A stretch of 46,728 nucleotides of DNA, taken from positions 36,872,774-36,919,501 of the forward strand of contig NC_068989.1 in NCBI RefSeq assembly GCF_001194135.2, written 5' to 3'. Under the pieces are notes generated by a model. The model did no database searches and had not been told where the DNA came from. It was given only the letters and a program-made list of their open reading frames with translations. The translations under genes and the position numbers were made by a program. Shown piece after piece: positions 1-10,324 of the stretch (positions are counted from its first letter, which is position 1; each line of letters opens with the position of its first letter). The stretch comes from Octopus bimaculoides. Lineage: Eukaryota.

Positions 1-252
1 TCAAAAGGAACTCAGCCACTTTACCTCTGTCAGGCCCAACGCTCAAAAGGAACTCAGCCACTTTACCTCTGTCAGGCCCAACACTCAAAAGGAACTCAGC
101 CACTTTACCTCTGTCAGGCCCAACACTCAAAAGGAACTCAGCCACTTTGCCTCTGTCAGGCCCAACACTCAAAAGGAACTCAGCCACTTTGCCTCTGTCA
201 GGCCCAGTGCTTGAGAGGATCTCAGCTACTTTGTCTCCGTGAGGCCTAACAT
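1..252. repeat. 42-bp tandem repeat (about 6 copies, the last two diverged) in the RTE 3' UTR
   Basis: Unit TCAAAAGGAACTCAGCCACTTTACCTCTGTCAGGCCCAACAC starts at 1, 43, 85, 127 and 169; it is degenerate from about 205. Confidence 0.9.
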
Positions 253-792
253 TCAAAGGATGTTCTTTATGTGCCATCAGCACAAGTGCACTTGGCTTGA
301 CAGGTTCTCTCAAGCACAGCACACTGCCAAAGGTCTTGGTCACTAGTCATTGCCTCTGTGAGGCTCAAAGTTCGAAGATTATGTTTCACCACCTGGTCCC
401 ATGTCTTCCTGGGTCTACCTCTACCACAGGTTCCCTCTACTGGTAGAGGTCAGCATTTCTTTATAAAGCTGTCCTCGTCCATATGCATCACATGACTGTA
501 CCAGCACAGTCATCTCTCTTGCATACCACATCTGATTCCTCTTATGTCTAACTTTTCTCTCAAGATGCTTACACTCTGTCAAACATGCACACTATCATTG
601 CACATCCAGCGAAGCATACTGGGTTCATTTCTCTCAAGCCTACGCATGTCCTTGGCTGTTATAGCCCATGTTTCACTGCCATGCAGCATAGCTGTTCGCA
701 CACAGGCATCAAACAATCTGCCTTTCACTCTGAAAGAGAGGCCCTTTGTTGCCAGCAGGGGTAGGAGTTCTCTGAACTTTTCCCAGCTTATC
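1..792 (-). mobile_element. 5'-truncated RTE-clade LINE: C-terminal end of the RT ORF plus 3' UTR
   Basis: Minus strand reads WEKFRELLPLLATKGLSFRVKGRLFDACVRTAMLHGSETWA...RRLERNEPSMLRWMC, then after frame disruptions WYSHVMHMDED...EGTCGRGRPRKTWDQVV. This is the typical RTE post-RT tail. Confidence 0.85.
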
Positions 793-804
793 ATGTGATA
801 GTTG

Positions 805-992
805 TAAATGAGTATCACTGTTATACAAACAGTGTCATTCATTTCCAGTATTCTATTCAGACATTTCTGGCAATGAGGAAAATAGGTGAGTGATAGGAAG
901 GTTATCTGGTCATAGAAAATCTGCCTCAACAAGCTCTGTCTGACCCATGAACAAGTTGACATTAAAATGATGGTGATGATAATGATAATAAT
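805..992 (+). mobile_element. SINE 3' portion ending in an (ATG/ATA)n tail
   Basis: GGAAGGGTTATCTGGTCATAGAAAATCTGCCTCAAC...GACATTAAAATGATGGTGATGATAAT resembles a common cephalopod SINE 3' end (recognised from memory). Confidence 0.55.
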
Positions 993-1330
993 ATCAACCA
1001 CCTTCAATAAACCAATCAGAGATTTCAAAACAGGTACCAAAGACACCTGTTTAAAAATATATAATAGCAATCTTAATTGCTATACTTTTTCATAATTAAG
1101 ATTGGATGAATCATATAGATTACTATTAGTGTATTATAGAAAACGTAATACCAGTCACCTTAATAAATTAATTTGAGGATTTTTAAGCAGTTGCCAGAGA
1201 CATTGTGTAAAGGGGGAGGTGTGGAAAAACTGCATCCAGATTGCTGCTAGCAACTCTGAGAAGGCCCAAGCAACAAAGAAGGAATGAGACATTGCTATGA
1301 CCCCCATTTGACCAAAGCTTACATATTTAC

Positions 1331-1399
1331 CTCAATTGCATCAGAGTCTGTCAAATCAGTTTCCATAGCCACCCGAGGAGACTTGTTGCCCTTTTTCAT
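1331..1399 (-). CDS. Candidate first coding exon of an unidentified host gene (MKKGNKSPRVAMETDLTDSDAIE, phase-0 donor)
   Basis: ATG at 1399, 23 open codons, then GAG|GTAAAT. There are in-frame stops upstream, and it lies in non-repetitive sequence. No homology recognised. Confidence 0.2.
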
Positions 1400-1654
1400 G
1401 ACCTGCCATCATCAGATGAAATGTGCTGCAGTCACAGAAATCATCAAATTTGAGATTTTGTTTCAAGTTTATTATTGATAATCTTTATATCCAATCGAAT
1501 CTTTGGTGTTTTATTCAATCTCTGTAAAAGTATGTCACAAAACTTGAAGAAAATTCATGGAGTGCACAAGCTATGGCTAAGTCTTAGGTAGAAGATTTCA
1601 AAGAAACTTCAATCATTTGATTCTGCTGTAATACATGATTCCCCAATATGCTTA

Positions 1655-1827
1655 GCAGTATTTCGTCTGCTGTTATGTTCTGAGTTCAAATTCCTCCGAG
1701 ATCGACTTTGCCTTTCATCCTCTTGGGGTCCATTAAATAAGTACCAGTTATGCACTGGGGTCGATGTAATTGACTTAATCCTTATGTCTGTCCTTGTTTG
1801 TCCCCTCTATGTTTAGCCCCACCCCCA
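1655..1827 (+). mobile_element. SINE family C copy (GCCTTTCATCC central domain)
   Basis: GTTCTGAGTTCAAATTC...GACTTTGCCTTTCATCC...AAGTACCAGTT...CACTGGGGTCGATGTAAT, the same module seen more than 10 times in the window. Confidence 0.85.
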
Positions 1828-1976
1828 NNNNNNNNNNNNNNNNNNNNNNNNNNNNNNNNNNNNNNNNNNNNNNNNNNNNNNNNNNNNNNNNNNNNNNNNN
1901 NNNNNNNNNNNNNNNNNNNNNNNNNNNNNNNNNNNNNNNNNNNNNNNNNNNNNNNNNNNNNNNNNNNNNNNNNNNN

Positions 1977-2318
1977 CTTTAGTCGAGCAAATTGACCCCA
2001 GGACTTATTCTTTGTAAGCCTAGTACTTATTCTATTGATCTCTTTTGCTGAGCCGCTAAGTTACGGGGACATAAACACACCAGCATCGGTTGTCAAGCGA
2101 TGTTGGGAGGACAAACAGACACACAAACATATACACTAACATACATATATACATATATACGATGGGCTTCTTTCAGTTTCCGTCTACCAAATCCACTCAC
2201 ATGGTTTTGGTCGGCCCGAGGCTATAGTAGAAGACACTTGCCCAAGGTGCCACGCAATGGGACTGAACCCGGAACCATGTGGCTGGTAAACAAGCTACTT
2301 ACCACACAGCTACTCCTC
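1977..2318 (-). mobile_element. SINE family A copy (tRNA-like head, central CA/TA microsatellite)
   Basis: Reverse complement of AGGAGTAGCTGTGTGGTAAGTAGCTTG...GGTTCAGTCCCATTGCGTGGCACCTTGGGCAAGTGTCTTCTACTATAGCCTCGGGCCGACC...GAAAGAAGCCCATCG, then microsatellite, then tail. Confidence 0.9.
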
Positions 2319-2911
2319 ATTGTTGACATACTGATCATTATTATTTAAAACATCATCTGAGACTTCCAGAAAAGCTGTGTAAAAGTGCCTTTGTTGCACA
2401 AACATGAGCTAACCACCTGTTATCTAATATTCTTTTTACAATAGGCAAATGAGTACCACCAACAGACAATACAGAAAAAAGGAAATCCTATTTTTAGGTA
2501 AAAGCATACAAAAATGTGTGGAGGACTTGTTCCAATGCAAAGAAAATAAATGCTACTTGATAACATTCAGCAGTACATTTTCCACCCAATTTTAATGAAT
2601 GCATAAAATGTGGAATGTTATCTGAAGATCTTTACTTCATATTCTAAGCCACTAGACTTGCCATTCATGTTGATGTAATTGTCATAACTTAGAGTGTGGC
2701 AGTTTTTTTTATATATATATATATATCAATCTAGGTGCAGGTGTGGCTGTGTAGTAAGATGCTCGCTTCCCAACCACATGGTGGCACCATGGGCAAATGT
2801 GTACTACTATAGCCTTGCGCCAACCAAAGCCTTGTGAGTGGATTTGGAAGATGGAAACTGAAAGAAGCTTTGAAAATTACTATTTGTAAATCCTCACAAT
2901 GATAGATATTC

Positions 2912-2972
2912 AACAATAGTTCTGTGCTGATGAAGGGAAATTACCCGGAAATTGTGATACACAGATATTGTT
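2912..2972 (+). ncRNA. Type I hammerhead ribozyme motif, intact core
   Basis: Stem I AACAATA-gt-TCTGTG (2912-2926) pairs with CACAGA-TATTGTT (2960-2972). Core CTGATGA at 2927-2933; stem II GGG/CCC; GAAA at 2948-2951; short stem III; predicted AUA cleavage after 2959. Confidence 0.75.
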
Positions 2973-3110
2973 TTGAGCTGAGTTGGGGTGGTAGATTCCC
3001 TTGTTCGAAAATATAAGGACACAGATTGTGTCTCCTGGGGCTAAATTACAGCAACATTCGTCCTACACCTATAATCTTTACTCTGAAAGAAGCTTGATGA
3101 ATATATATAT

Positions 3111-3330
3111 ACTCTTTACTCTTTTACTTGTTTCAGTCATTTGACTGTGACCATGCTGGACCACCACCTTTTTAGTCGAGCAAATTGAACCCAGGACTTA
3201 TTCTTTGTAAGCCTAGTACTTATTCTATCGGTCTCTTTTTCCGAACTGCTAAGTTATGGGGACGTAAACACACCACCATTAGTTGCTAAGCGATGTTGGG
3301 GGGACAAACACAGACATGCAAACATACACA
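3111..3330 (-). mobile_element. SINE family A 3' fragment, inverted, nested in the microsatellite of the plus-strand copy
   Basis: ACTCTTTTACTTGTTTCAGTCATTTGACTG...GACAAACACAGAC is the reverse complement of the family A tail. Confidence 0.85.
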
Positions 3331-3734
3331 CACACACACACATATATACACATATATATCTATCTATGTGTGTGCTTTTATGTCTGTGTTTGTCTCCTAC
3401 CACTGCTTGGCAACAAGTGTTGGTATGTTCACAACCCAAGTAATGTAGCAATTCAACAAAAAAGAAAAAAAAGAAAACTGTTAGAATAAGTACTAGGCTT
3501 AAAAAATTAAATCCTGATGTTGATTTATTCAACAAAACTATTCAAGGTGGTGCCTGAGCATGGCTGCACTGAAATGATTGAAACAAGTAAAAGATAAAAG
3601 ATAATACTATCTACTTTTAAAGTCAAGTAAAACTGATTGTGTGCCCCCTCCCCCAAATTACATTCTCATGTAATATATAATGCAAGTATATACTAAATAA
3701 TTATAGCATGTATAAATAAATAAATAAAAGGAAG

Positions 3735-4091
3735 GAAAAGACTTCTTTTGTAACCCCGCCGCATAAAATTTAAAAAAGGAAATATTACTCATGGTGAAAA
3801 AATTGATTTCCTACCATGTCTTAAAATAATAATGATGAGAAAGTCATAAAAATTAAGAATTTCTTTTAAAGACTTCATTTCTGTATAATGTTTATTCATG
3901 TTCCAATGCCTAACGTTGGGACATGAATATACATAATACAGGAAGGAAGTTTTTTTTAAGAGAATTTCTTAATTTTTATGACTTTCTCATTATTACTATT
4001 ATAAAACATGGTAGGAAATCAGTTTTCCATCATGTGCAATATATAAAAAAAAAATTGGGGGTAAGGGGGGGGGGTACAAGGAAATCTTTCC
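3735..4091. mobile_element. Fold-back palindromic MITE-like element (arms about 170 bp, almost no spacer)
   Basis: TGATTTCCTACCATGT...GAGAAAGTCATAAAAATTAAGAA...ATTCATGTTCCAA is mirrored by TTGGGACATGAAT...TTCTTAATTTTTATGACTTTCTC...ACATGGTAGGAAATCA. Centre at about 3912. Confidence 0.8.
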
Positions 4092-4279
4092 AAAAGAAGT
4101 AGCATACTTTTCCTAAAAATATTTAAAGAATGTTTTACTTTTCATAATTTACTTACGACAGTCGTAAAGACAAATCTCTCTATCTCTCGCTCTCACTGTT
4201 TCAAGGGAGCTAACTCTTCAAAAAATGGTTTCAAAAATTTCAAATCTTTTAAAAATATTTTACTGACTGATTTATTATA

Positions 4280-4512
4280 TATCTATACATGTGTGTGTGT
4301 GTGTGTGTATGCGTGTGTTTATGTGTGTGTGTTTGTGTGTGTGTTTGTCCCCTAGTACCGCTTGACAACCGGTGTTGGTGTGTTTACGCCCCGTAACTTG
4401 GCAGTTCGACAAAAGAGAACGATAGAACAAGTTCTGGGGTCGATTTGTTTGACTAAAATCCTTCAAGGTGGTGCTCAGCATGGCCGCCGTCAATAAAGTA
4501 AAAGATAAAAAA
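4280..4512 (+). mobile_element. SINE family A 3' half
   Basis: (TG)n, then GTGTTTGTCCCC...GCTTGACAACCGGTGTTGGTGTGTTTACG...GGTGGTGCTCAGCATGGCCGCC...AAAAGATAAAA. Confidence 0.85.
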
Positions 4513-5622
4513 ATAAATGTATAATTTTAAAACTTCATTAGTGAGAAGGAATTTCTCCAGTGAAATTTTTTGGCAAAAATCTAAGGCTGGGAATTGTTTA
4601 ACACGACGTACAGCAAAGAGAGTCTTCATGGCACAAGTGGTTTTTAGTTTTTCCTAGTTGGCTAACGGGGCAAAGGGCATAAAGATTCATTACGTTAATA
4701 GTCTTATTAACGGGAACATACATTACATTGAGCTATTGAACTTAATTCTAGTACATATTCCACTCGTCAAAATATGCAATAATACTAACAGCAATACAGT
4801 CACCAATGGGAGGCAACGCAGTCTATGCACCTGTATCAGCAAGTAGAAAATTCCACGTTTTATGCCAGTCTTTACGACCACGCCACCATTATTGAACGAC
4901 GATGTCATATGACGGGTAACTTTGAATGTATACTTTTTTTTTTGTCACTGTGGTTAATATCAGGAAATGTGGCATACAACACATACAATAATTACAATAT
5001 AACTTTTATCAAAAATGTTGAAATGAATATAAATTTTCAAGCGAAGAAATAAAATTAAGTGAAGCAAATTCCTCCTCCTCCTCCTCCTTGTTCAAACTTG
5101 ATGCCGGCGTTACTTAGGGCTCACGGGATCTTCGAATGCTTTAATTTCCCNNNNNNNNNNNNNNNNNNCCCCCCCCAAACAATCGATGAGTGGAAAAATC
5201 AATAAACCGATTCCTTATGGGATTTCCCAATCAAATTGTCTGCCACACGTTTTCAGCCAAACGTTTACCAGTTTCAACGGATTTTGCTCAAATCTGACGT
5301 CTGTGTAACTTAGTTTGGTTTGAAACAAAGCGCTTGATTAACTCAATAATCCTAACTTAATCCCGGGCAACGACGGTCTATACAGTTACATTCACAGAAA
5401 GATCCCTTGGCGTGCTGGTCATATTGCATTGCATGTAGCGTTCTATGACAATCTACACAACGGCTAGATGTGATTCCTCTATAGAACGCATTTCATAAGA
5501 CTTGTCTACTCCACTTTTCCTAACATTTTAGGGTCAAGTGGCGATGTTAAACAAGGTGACACTGAAATTGGTCACTGAAATTAGTTCAAAGCCTTGTTTT
5601 ATGCTAGACTAGGTTATTCTCT

Positions 5623-5958
5623 GTGAAGGCGCATGGATCAGTGGTTAGAGCATCGAACTTACGACCGTGCGGTTGTGAGTTCGAATCTCGAACCGGGCTG
5701 CGTATTGTGTTCTTGAGCAAGACACTTTATTTCACGTTGCTCCAGTTTACTCAGCTGTAGAAATGAGTTGCGACGTCACAGGTGCCGAGCTGTATCAGCC
5801 TTTGCCTTTCCCTTGGATAACATCGGTGGCAAGGAGAGGGGAGGCTGGTATGTGTGGGCGACTGCTGGCCTTCCACAAACAACCTTGCCCGGACTTATGC
5901 CTGGGAGGGTAACTTTCTAGGTGCAATCCCATGGTCATTCGTGACCGATGGGGGTCTC
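5623..5958 (+). mobile_element. SINE family B, full length (tRNA-derived head, CORE-like middle)
   Basis: A-box-like TGGATCAGTGGTTAGAGC and B-box-like GAGTTCGAATC, then GTGTTCTTGAGCAAGACACTT...CTCAGCTGTAGAAATGAGT. Near-identical copies at 9618 and 12154. Confidence 0.9.
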
Positions 5959-6201
5959 CGAAGTTATTCTCTCTTTTAGTAGATTTTTCACATTCACAAA
6001 CAAATGTCAAATTTTCAGTAAAGGGGAACAACTCTGTTTGGAATATCCAAAAGTTTATGCAAGAGTTATAAAACATTTCGCAACTATTTCACTATAAAAT
6101 TACACATATCAACATTCTTTTATTTAATGAACCCTTAGAGAAACAAAATCAGAATTCTTGATACGAATTCCAAGAAGAATATGTCCGAGTCAACCCATGA
6201 T

Positions 6202-6376
6202 GCAGGCCCGTCGCAGATTTTGGTGACTGGGGGTGCTTCAAAATATTATGGGTAGGTACTAATTTGTATTGCGGGAAGATTTTTGAAAAATTCATTTTCT
6301 AAATCTGAGGGTGCACCATAGAATAGTGAAGGTGCAGTGTCGTCCAGTGCCTCCCTCCACCTTAGCGACGAGTATA
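6202..6376. mobile_element. Possible small MITE
   Basis: The left end CAGGCCCGTCGC matches the right end GCGACGAGTATA only partly; the interior is GC-richer than the flanks. Confidence 0.3.
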
Positions 6377-6731
6377 CTATGGTAAAAAGTATTCCAGTTG
6401 TGATCACCACATGCCTAGGACTACCTGATCTATGTGTGATTTGAGAGTGATTTGATTGCTATTTCTTGCAGGTGGAACGATGGCATATATCAATTAATGG
6501 TAGAAGGTGTTAACTTTCGAAATCTGCTTTAAACCAAGCAATCTCTTTTTTCATAAAAATATTTTCGCAATTTATTTGAGGATATGTGGAATTGCTGAGC
6601 AGAAGTGGTTGTGTCATGATTTAGACAGTGGACATAATGTTATGTCAGAGAATGGAAATGCCATTTCAGGAATAAAAAGTTGTTTCTTTATCTAATTTAT
6701 TCAGTTACTCTACATTTTCAAGAATAGATAA

Positions 6732-8007
6732 CACTGGGGAACAAATTTAAAATGGTTTGTGGTACCTCAGACTTTTGTTCTTATTCTAGAAATACTCACG
6801 CCACTGAATAAAAATATGAGCATCTAGCAGCTCTAGATTTTAAAACAATGCTCTCATCAATAAATGTAATAACTATGGATCAATACCAAATGCTCCTCAG
6901 TTAAGGTAACTGAGCAGCAGGAAACAATCGCCCTGGTCTTACAGAAGATATACCACAGTCACTAATAGCTAATCTGTGTGGATCTTAAGACGGTGAATTT
7001 TCCCCTGGGCCAGTAGAATGGGATGCCCCAAGTCCCTCTGTATTATCTGTTTCTGGGATAGTAGACTCAAGGATGAGCATTGGGTGAAGAAACAATGGTC
7101 TGTGAGAGAAAACATGGTTGTTGGAGAAAAGAATGTAACCACAGAGCACTTGTTTGACAGAAATAAGGTAATTTTACCGCTAGTGCACATCAAACTAGGT
7201 TTAGTGAAACAGTTTGTGAAGGCTATGAATAAAAAGAGGACTGCTTTGACTACATATGCAGAAAGTTTCCAGCACAGAGGTTGAAAAAGAAGATAGTAGA
7301 TATTTTAGATAGGCTACAAATCAGAGAACTCATAAAAGTCCCTTATTTCCAAGATTCATTGTGCAATGCTGAGGAAGATGTATGGTCTTCATTCACATTG
7401 GTTGCAAGGCATTTTCTGGAGCCATAAAGAAGATAGCTACTCTGAACTAGCGGAGAAGATGCTCTCTTCTTATCGTCAACTTGGCTTTAATATGAGCGTC
7501 AAAGTACATTTCTTCCACAGCTACTTGGATTGCTTTCCAGGCGACCTTTGTAACCCAAGTGAAGAACACGGGTAAACGATTCCACCAAGATTTAAGAACC
7601 GTGGAAGAAAGATACAGAAGACACCGGGACATCCATATAATGACGGATTACTGTTGGGCTATTCGACATATTGTCTTGGAGCAGCTCACCACAGAAAGTC
7701 ATTGAAATGCTGCTTTCGCGAGACACCTGAGTCCGCTTGCTTTACTGACATCTTATTCCATGGATGTAATTTAATCATAAACATAATGTTCCTTTTTGAA
7801 GCCATTTATATTTCATCCAAAAGGCAACAATAATGATTTTTAATCATCAATCCTTATGCTCAGTCGGTTGTAAACAGCAATTAGGGCTATAACATATCTC
7901 GATAACCAAAGCTTATGGATAAAACTGGTGCCATATTTAAAATCTGGCCGAAATTTACCTAAAAATAGGCCCAAATCTTTCAGCATCAATTTTTGTGTTT
8001 CCGAGTG
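6732..8007 (+). mobile_element. Chapaev3-like (CMC / RAG1-Transib-related fold) DNA transposon, internally deleted, with decayed transposase 3' half at about 6900-7700
   Basis: TAA|CACTGGGGAACAAA at 6729-6745 and TGTGTTTCCGAGTG|TAA at 7994-8010 give imperfect CAC- TIRs with a 3-bp TAA TSD. Transposase motifs: ICVDLK, CIICFWDSR, HIKLGLVKQFVKA, MSVKVHFFHSYLD, SEEHG/RFHQD, DYCW. Confidence 0.8.
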
Positions 8008-8654
8008 TAATGATTGAGGCTTACATTTATGAGTAGAATTGTTTCACTGAAAAAATTTGGGCTGCAGCAAATAAAATTTAGCGGTTAATTCTCTTAACAA
8101 CGTTCCTATGGTATATTATCGATAAACTAATGGAGATTCAAAACGTGCTGGATCATGTAGAACCGTCTAATGTTGTTCGGGATTTAAGAGATCAAAAATC
8201 GAGTTAAAAATATATATATTAACGATAGAGGTAGTATTTATATCGAAAAGTAAAAGCGCACATTCTGCACCAAAAGCCTGTATGAGAGTTTCTCTCGTGG
8301 TATCTACTGCAATAAAGCTTGTTCTATCAGAACATTCACGTTTAAGTGAGAATAAATATTACCTCTCCAAAATGTAGTCTCACCGAGACGTGCAAAAGAT
8401 GCAAGGGAGACAACTGTTACAGATTAAAACTACTTTTTGCAGCTTTGGTCACAAATCATGACTCGTGCCTCTCAAATTATCTGATGTAGCCTACTGGTAG
8501 TTTTTTTTTTCCAATGTGCCAGGAACCGGTAATATTTCTTAGTAATATTAATTTATACCGGAAACAATATATATAATGAATATAATAAAAGCTGACAATT
8601 TAAAAAATTTTATATTTATTTTGTAAACAAATAATACAATATTCTTTTCTACTC

Positions 8655-8814
8655 TAATGGACAAGGCTTGAAATGTTTGGGGAGGGGGTCAGCCGATTAG
8701 ATCGACCCAGTACGCAACTGGTACTTAATTTATCGACCCCGAAAGCATGAAAGTCAACCTCGGCGGAATTCGAATTCAGAACGTAAAGACAGCAATGTCG
8801 CTATGCACTTCGCC
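8655..8814 (-). mobile_element. SINE family C copy
   Basis: CGACCCCGAAAGCATGAAAGTCAACCTCGGCGGAATTCGAATTCAGAACGTAAAGACAG is the reverse complement of the family C core. Confidence 0.85.
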
Positions 8815-9429
8815 NNNNNNNNNNNNNNNNNNNNNNNNNNNNNNNNNNNNNNNNNNNNNNNNNNNNNNNNNNNNNNNNNNNNNNNNNNNNNNNNNNNNNN
8901 NNNNNNNNNNNNNNNNNNNNNNNNNNNNNNNNNNNNNNNNNNNNNNNNNNNNNNNNNNNNNNNNNNNNNNNNNNNNNNNNNNNNNNNNNNNNNNNNNNNN
9001 NNNNNNNNNNNNNNNNNNNNNNNNNNNNNNNNNNNNNNNNNNNNNNNNNNNNNNNNNNNNNNNNNNNNNNNNNNNNNNNNNNNNNNNNNNNNNNNNNNNN
9101 NNNNNNNNNNNNNNNNNNNNNNNNNNNNNNNNNNNNNNNNNNNNNNNNNNNNNNNNNNNNNNNNNNNNNNNNNNNNNNNNNNNNNNNNNNNNNNNNNNNN
9201 NNNNNNNNNNNNNNNNNNNNNNNNNNNNNNNNNNNNNNNNNNNNNNNNNNNNNNNNNNNNNNNNNNNNNNNNNNNNNNNNNNNNNNNNNNNNNNNNNNNN
9301 NNNNNNNNNNNNNNNNNNNNNNNNNNNNNNNNNNNNNNNNNNNNNNNNNNNNNNNNNNNNNNNNNNNNNNNNNNNNNNNNNNNNNNNNNNNNNNNNNNNN
9401 NNNNNNNNNNNNNNNNNNNNNNNNNNNNT

Positions 9430-9582
9430 CATTACGTTCTGAGTTCAAATTCCACCGAGGTCGATTTTGCCTTTCATCCTTTTGGGGTCAATAAAATAAG
9501 TACCAGTTGAACACTGGGTCGTTGTAATCGACTTACCCCTCCCCCGAATTTGCTGGCCTTGTGCCAAAGATTGAAACCAATA
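9430..9582 (+). mobile_element. SINE family C copy (3' part)
   Basis: TTACGTTCTGAGTTCAAATTCCACCGAGGTCGATTTTGCCTTTCATCC...GGCCTTGTGCCAAAGATTGAAACCAATA. Confidence 0.85.
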
Positions 9583-9617
9583 TCTCTGCTTATTATTTTT
9601 TATCTTCAGCACCTCAT

Positions 9618-9950
9618 GTGAAGGCGCATGGCTCAGGGGTTAGAGCACCGAACTCACAATCATGAGGTTGTGAGTTCGATTCCCCAACCGGGCCGTGTGT
9701 TGTGTTCTTGAGTAAGACACTTTATTTCATGTTGCTCCAATTCACTCAGCTGTAGAAATGAGTTGCGGTGACACTGGTGCCAAGCTGTATTGCCTTTCCC
9801 TTGGATAACATTGGTGGCATGGAGAGGGGAGGCTGGTATGCATAGGTGACTGCAGTTCTTCCATAAACAGCCTTGCCCGGACTTGTGCCTCGGAAGGGGA
9901 ACTTTCTAGGTGCAATCCCATGGTCATTCATGACAGAAGTGGTTCTTTAC
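9618..9950 (+). mobile_element. SINE family B, full length
   Basis: Colinear with 5623-5958. Confidence 0.9.
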
Positions 9951-10149
9951 TTTTTTTTTTAACCTCATGAGAGGATTTCTACCTAACACAGCAGTGAAAA
10001 ATAATTCTGAGTTTGGTAACATTCCTTTTTACTTAGAGTTCTGAATTATTGTTGTCTTTATCGTTAAGAAATCCCAGTCATGGCATTCACATCTTATTTA
10101 TCAAGAAATGCAATATCCAATACATTCTTCTTTGTTTTTTTTTTAACAC

Positions 10150-10240
10150 AATAGATGTGATTTGAGGGAGATTTGGTTGCTTTTTCTAGCAGGCTGAGCG
10201 ACTACATAAAAGCTCTCTCGTTGGATCGAGTCAATTGTAT
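10150..10240 (+). mobile_element. SINE family D fragment (related copies at about 6385-6490 +, 18300-18480 - and 24490-24660 -)
   Basis: Shared motif GTGATTTGAGGGAGATTTGG(T/C)TGCT(A/T)TTTCTAGCAGG occurs in both orientations in the window. Confidence 0.65.
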
Positions 10241-10265
10241 TATAATCTCCGTCACACGTGCACGC

Positions 10266-10324
<59 letters not shown>

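Larger units (their letters stand above)
2734..3605 (+). mobile_element. SINE family A copy interrupted by two nested insertions
   Basis: Head at 2734-2870 and tail at about 3370-3605 (GGTGGTGC...GCATGGCTGCA...GAAACAAGTAAAAGATAAAAG). Inserts lie at 2871-3082 and about 3111-3330. Confidence 0.75.

Noticed and set aside
1-252. 42-bp repeat array as a CRISPR
   Set aside because: The units are contiguous with no unique spacers, there are no cas genes, and the context is a eukaryotic LINE 3' UTR.
1385-1420. Minus-strand CTGATGA...GAAA hammerhead-like spacing
   Set aside because: Stem II would need a 2-nt loop, and there is no stem I partner.
5437-5492. Hairpin GCGTTCTAT...ATAGAACGC as a pre-miRNA
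   Set aside because: Only 9 bp are perfect and the inner stem has large internal loops; not supportable without small-RNA data.
5623-5700. tRNA gene (also at 9618 and 12154)
   Set aside because: The A and B boxes are SINE heads that continue into a shared 330-bp body; no complete cloverleaf acceptor stem.
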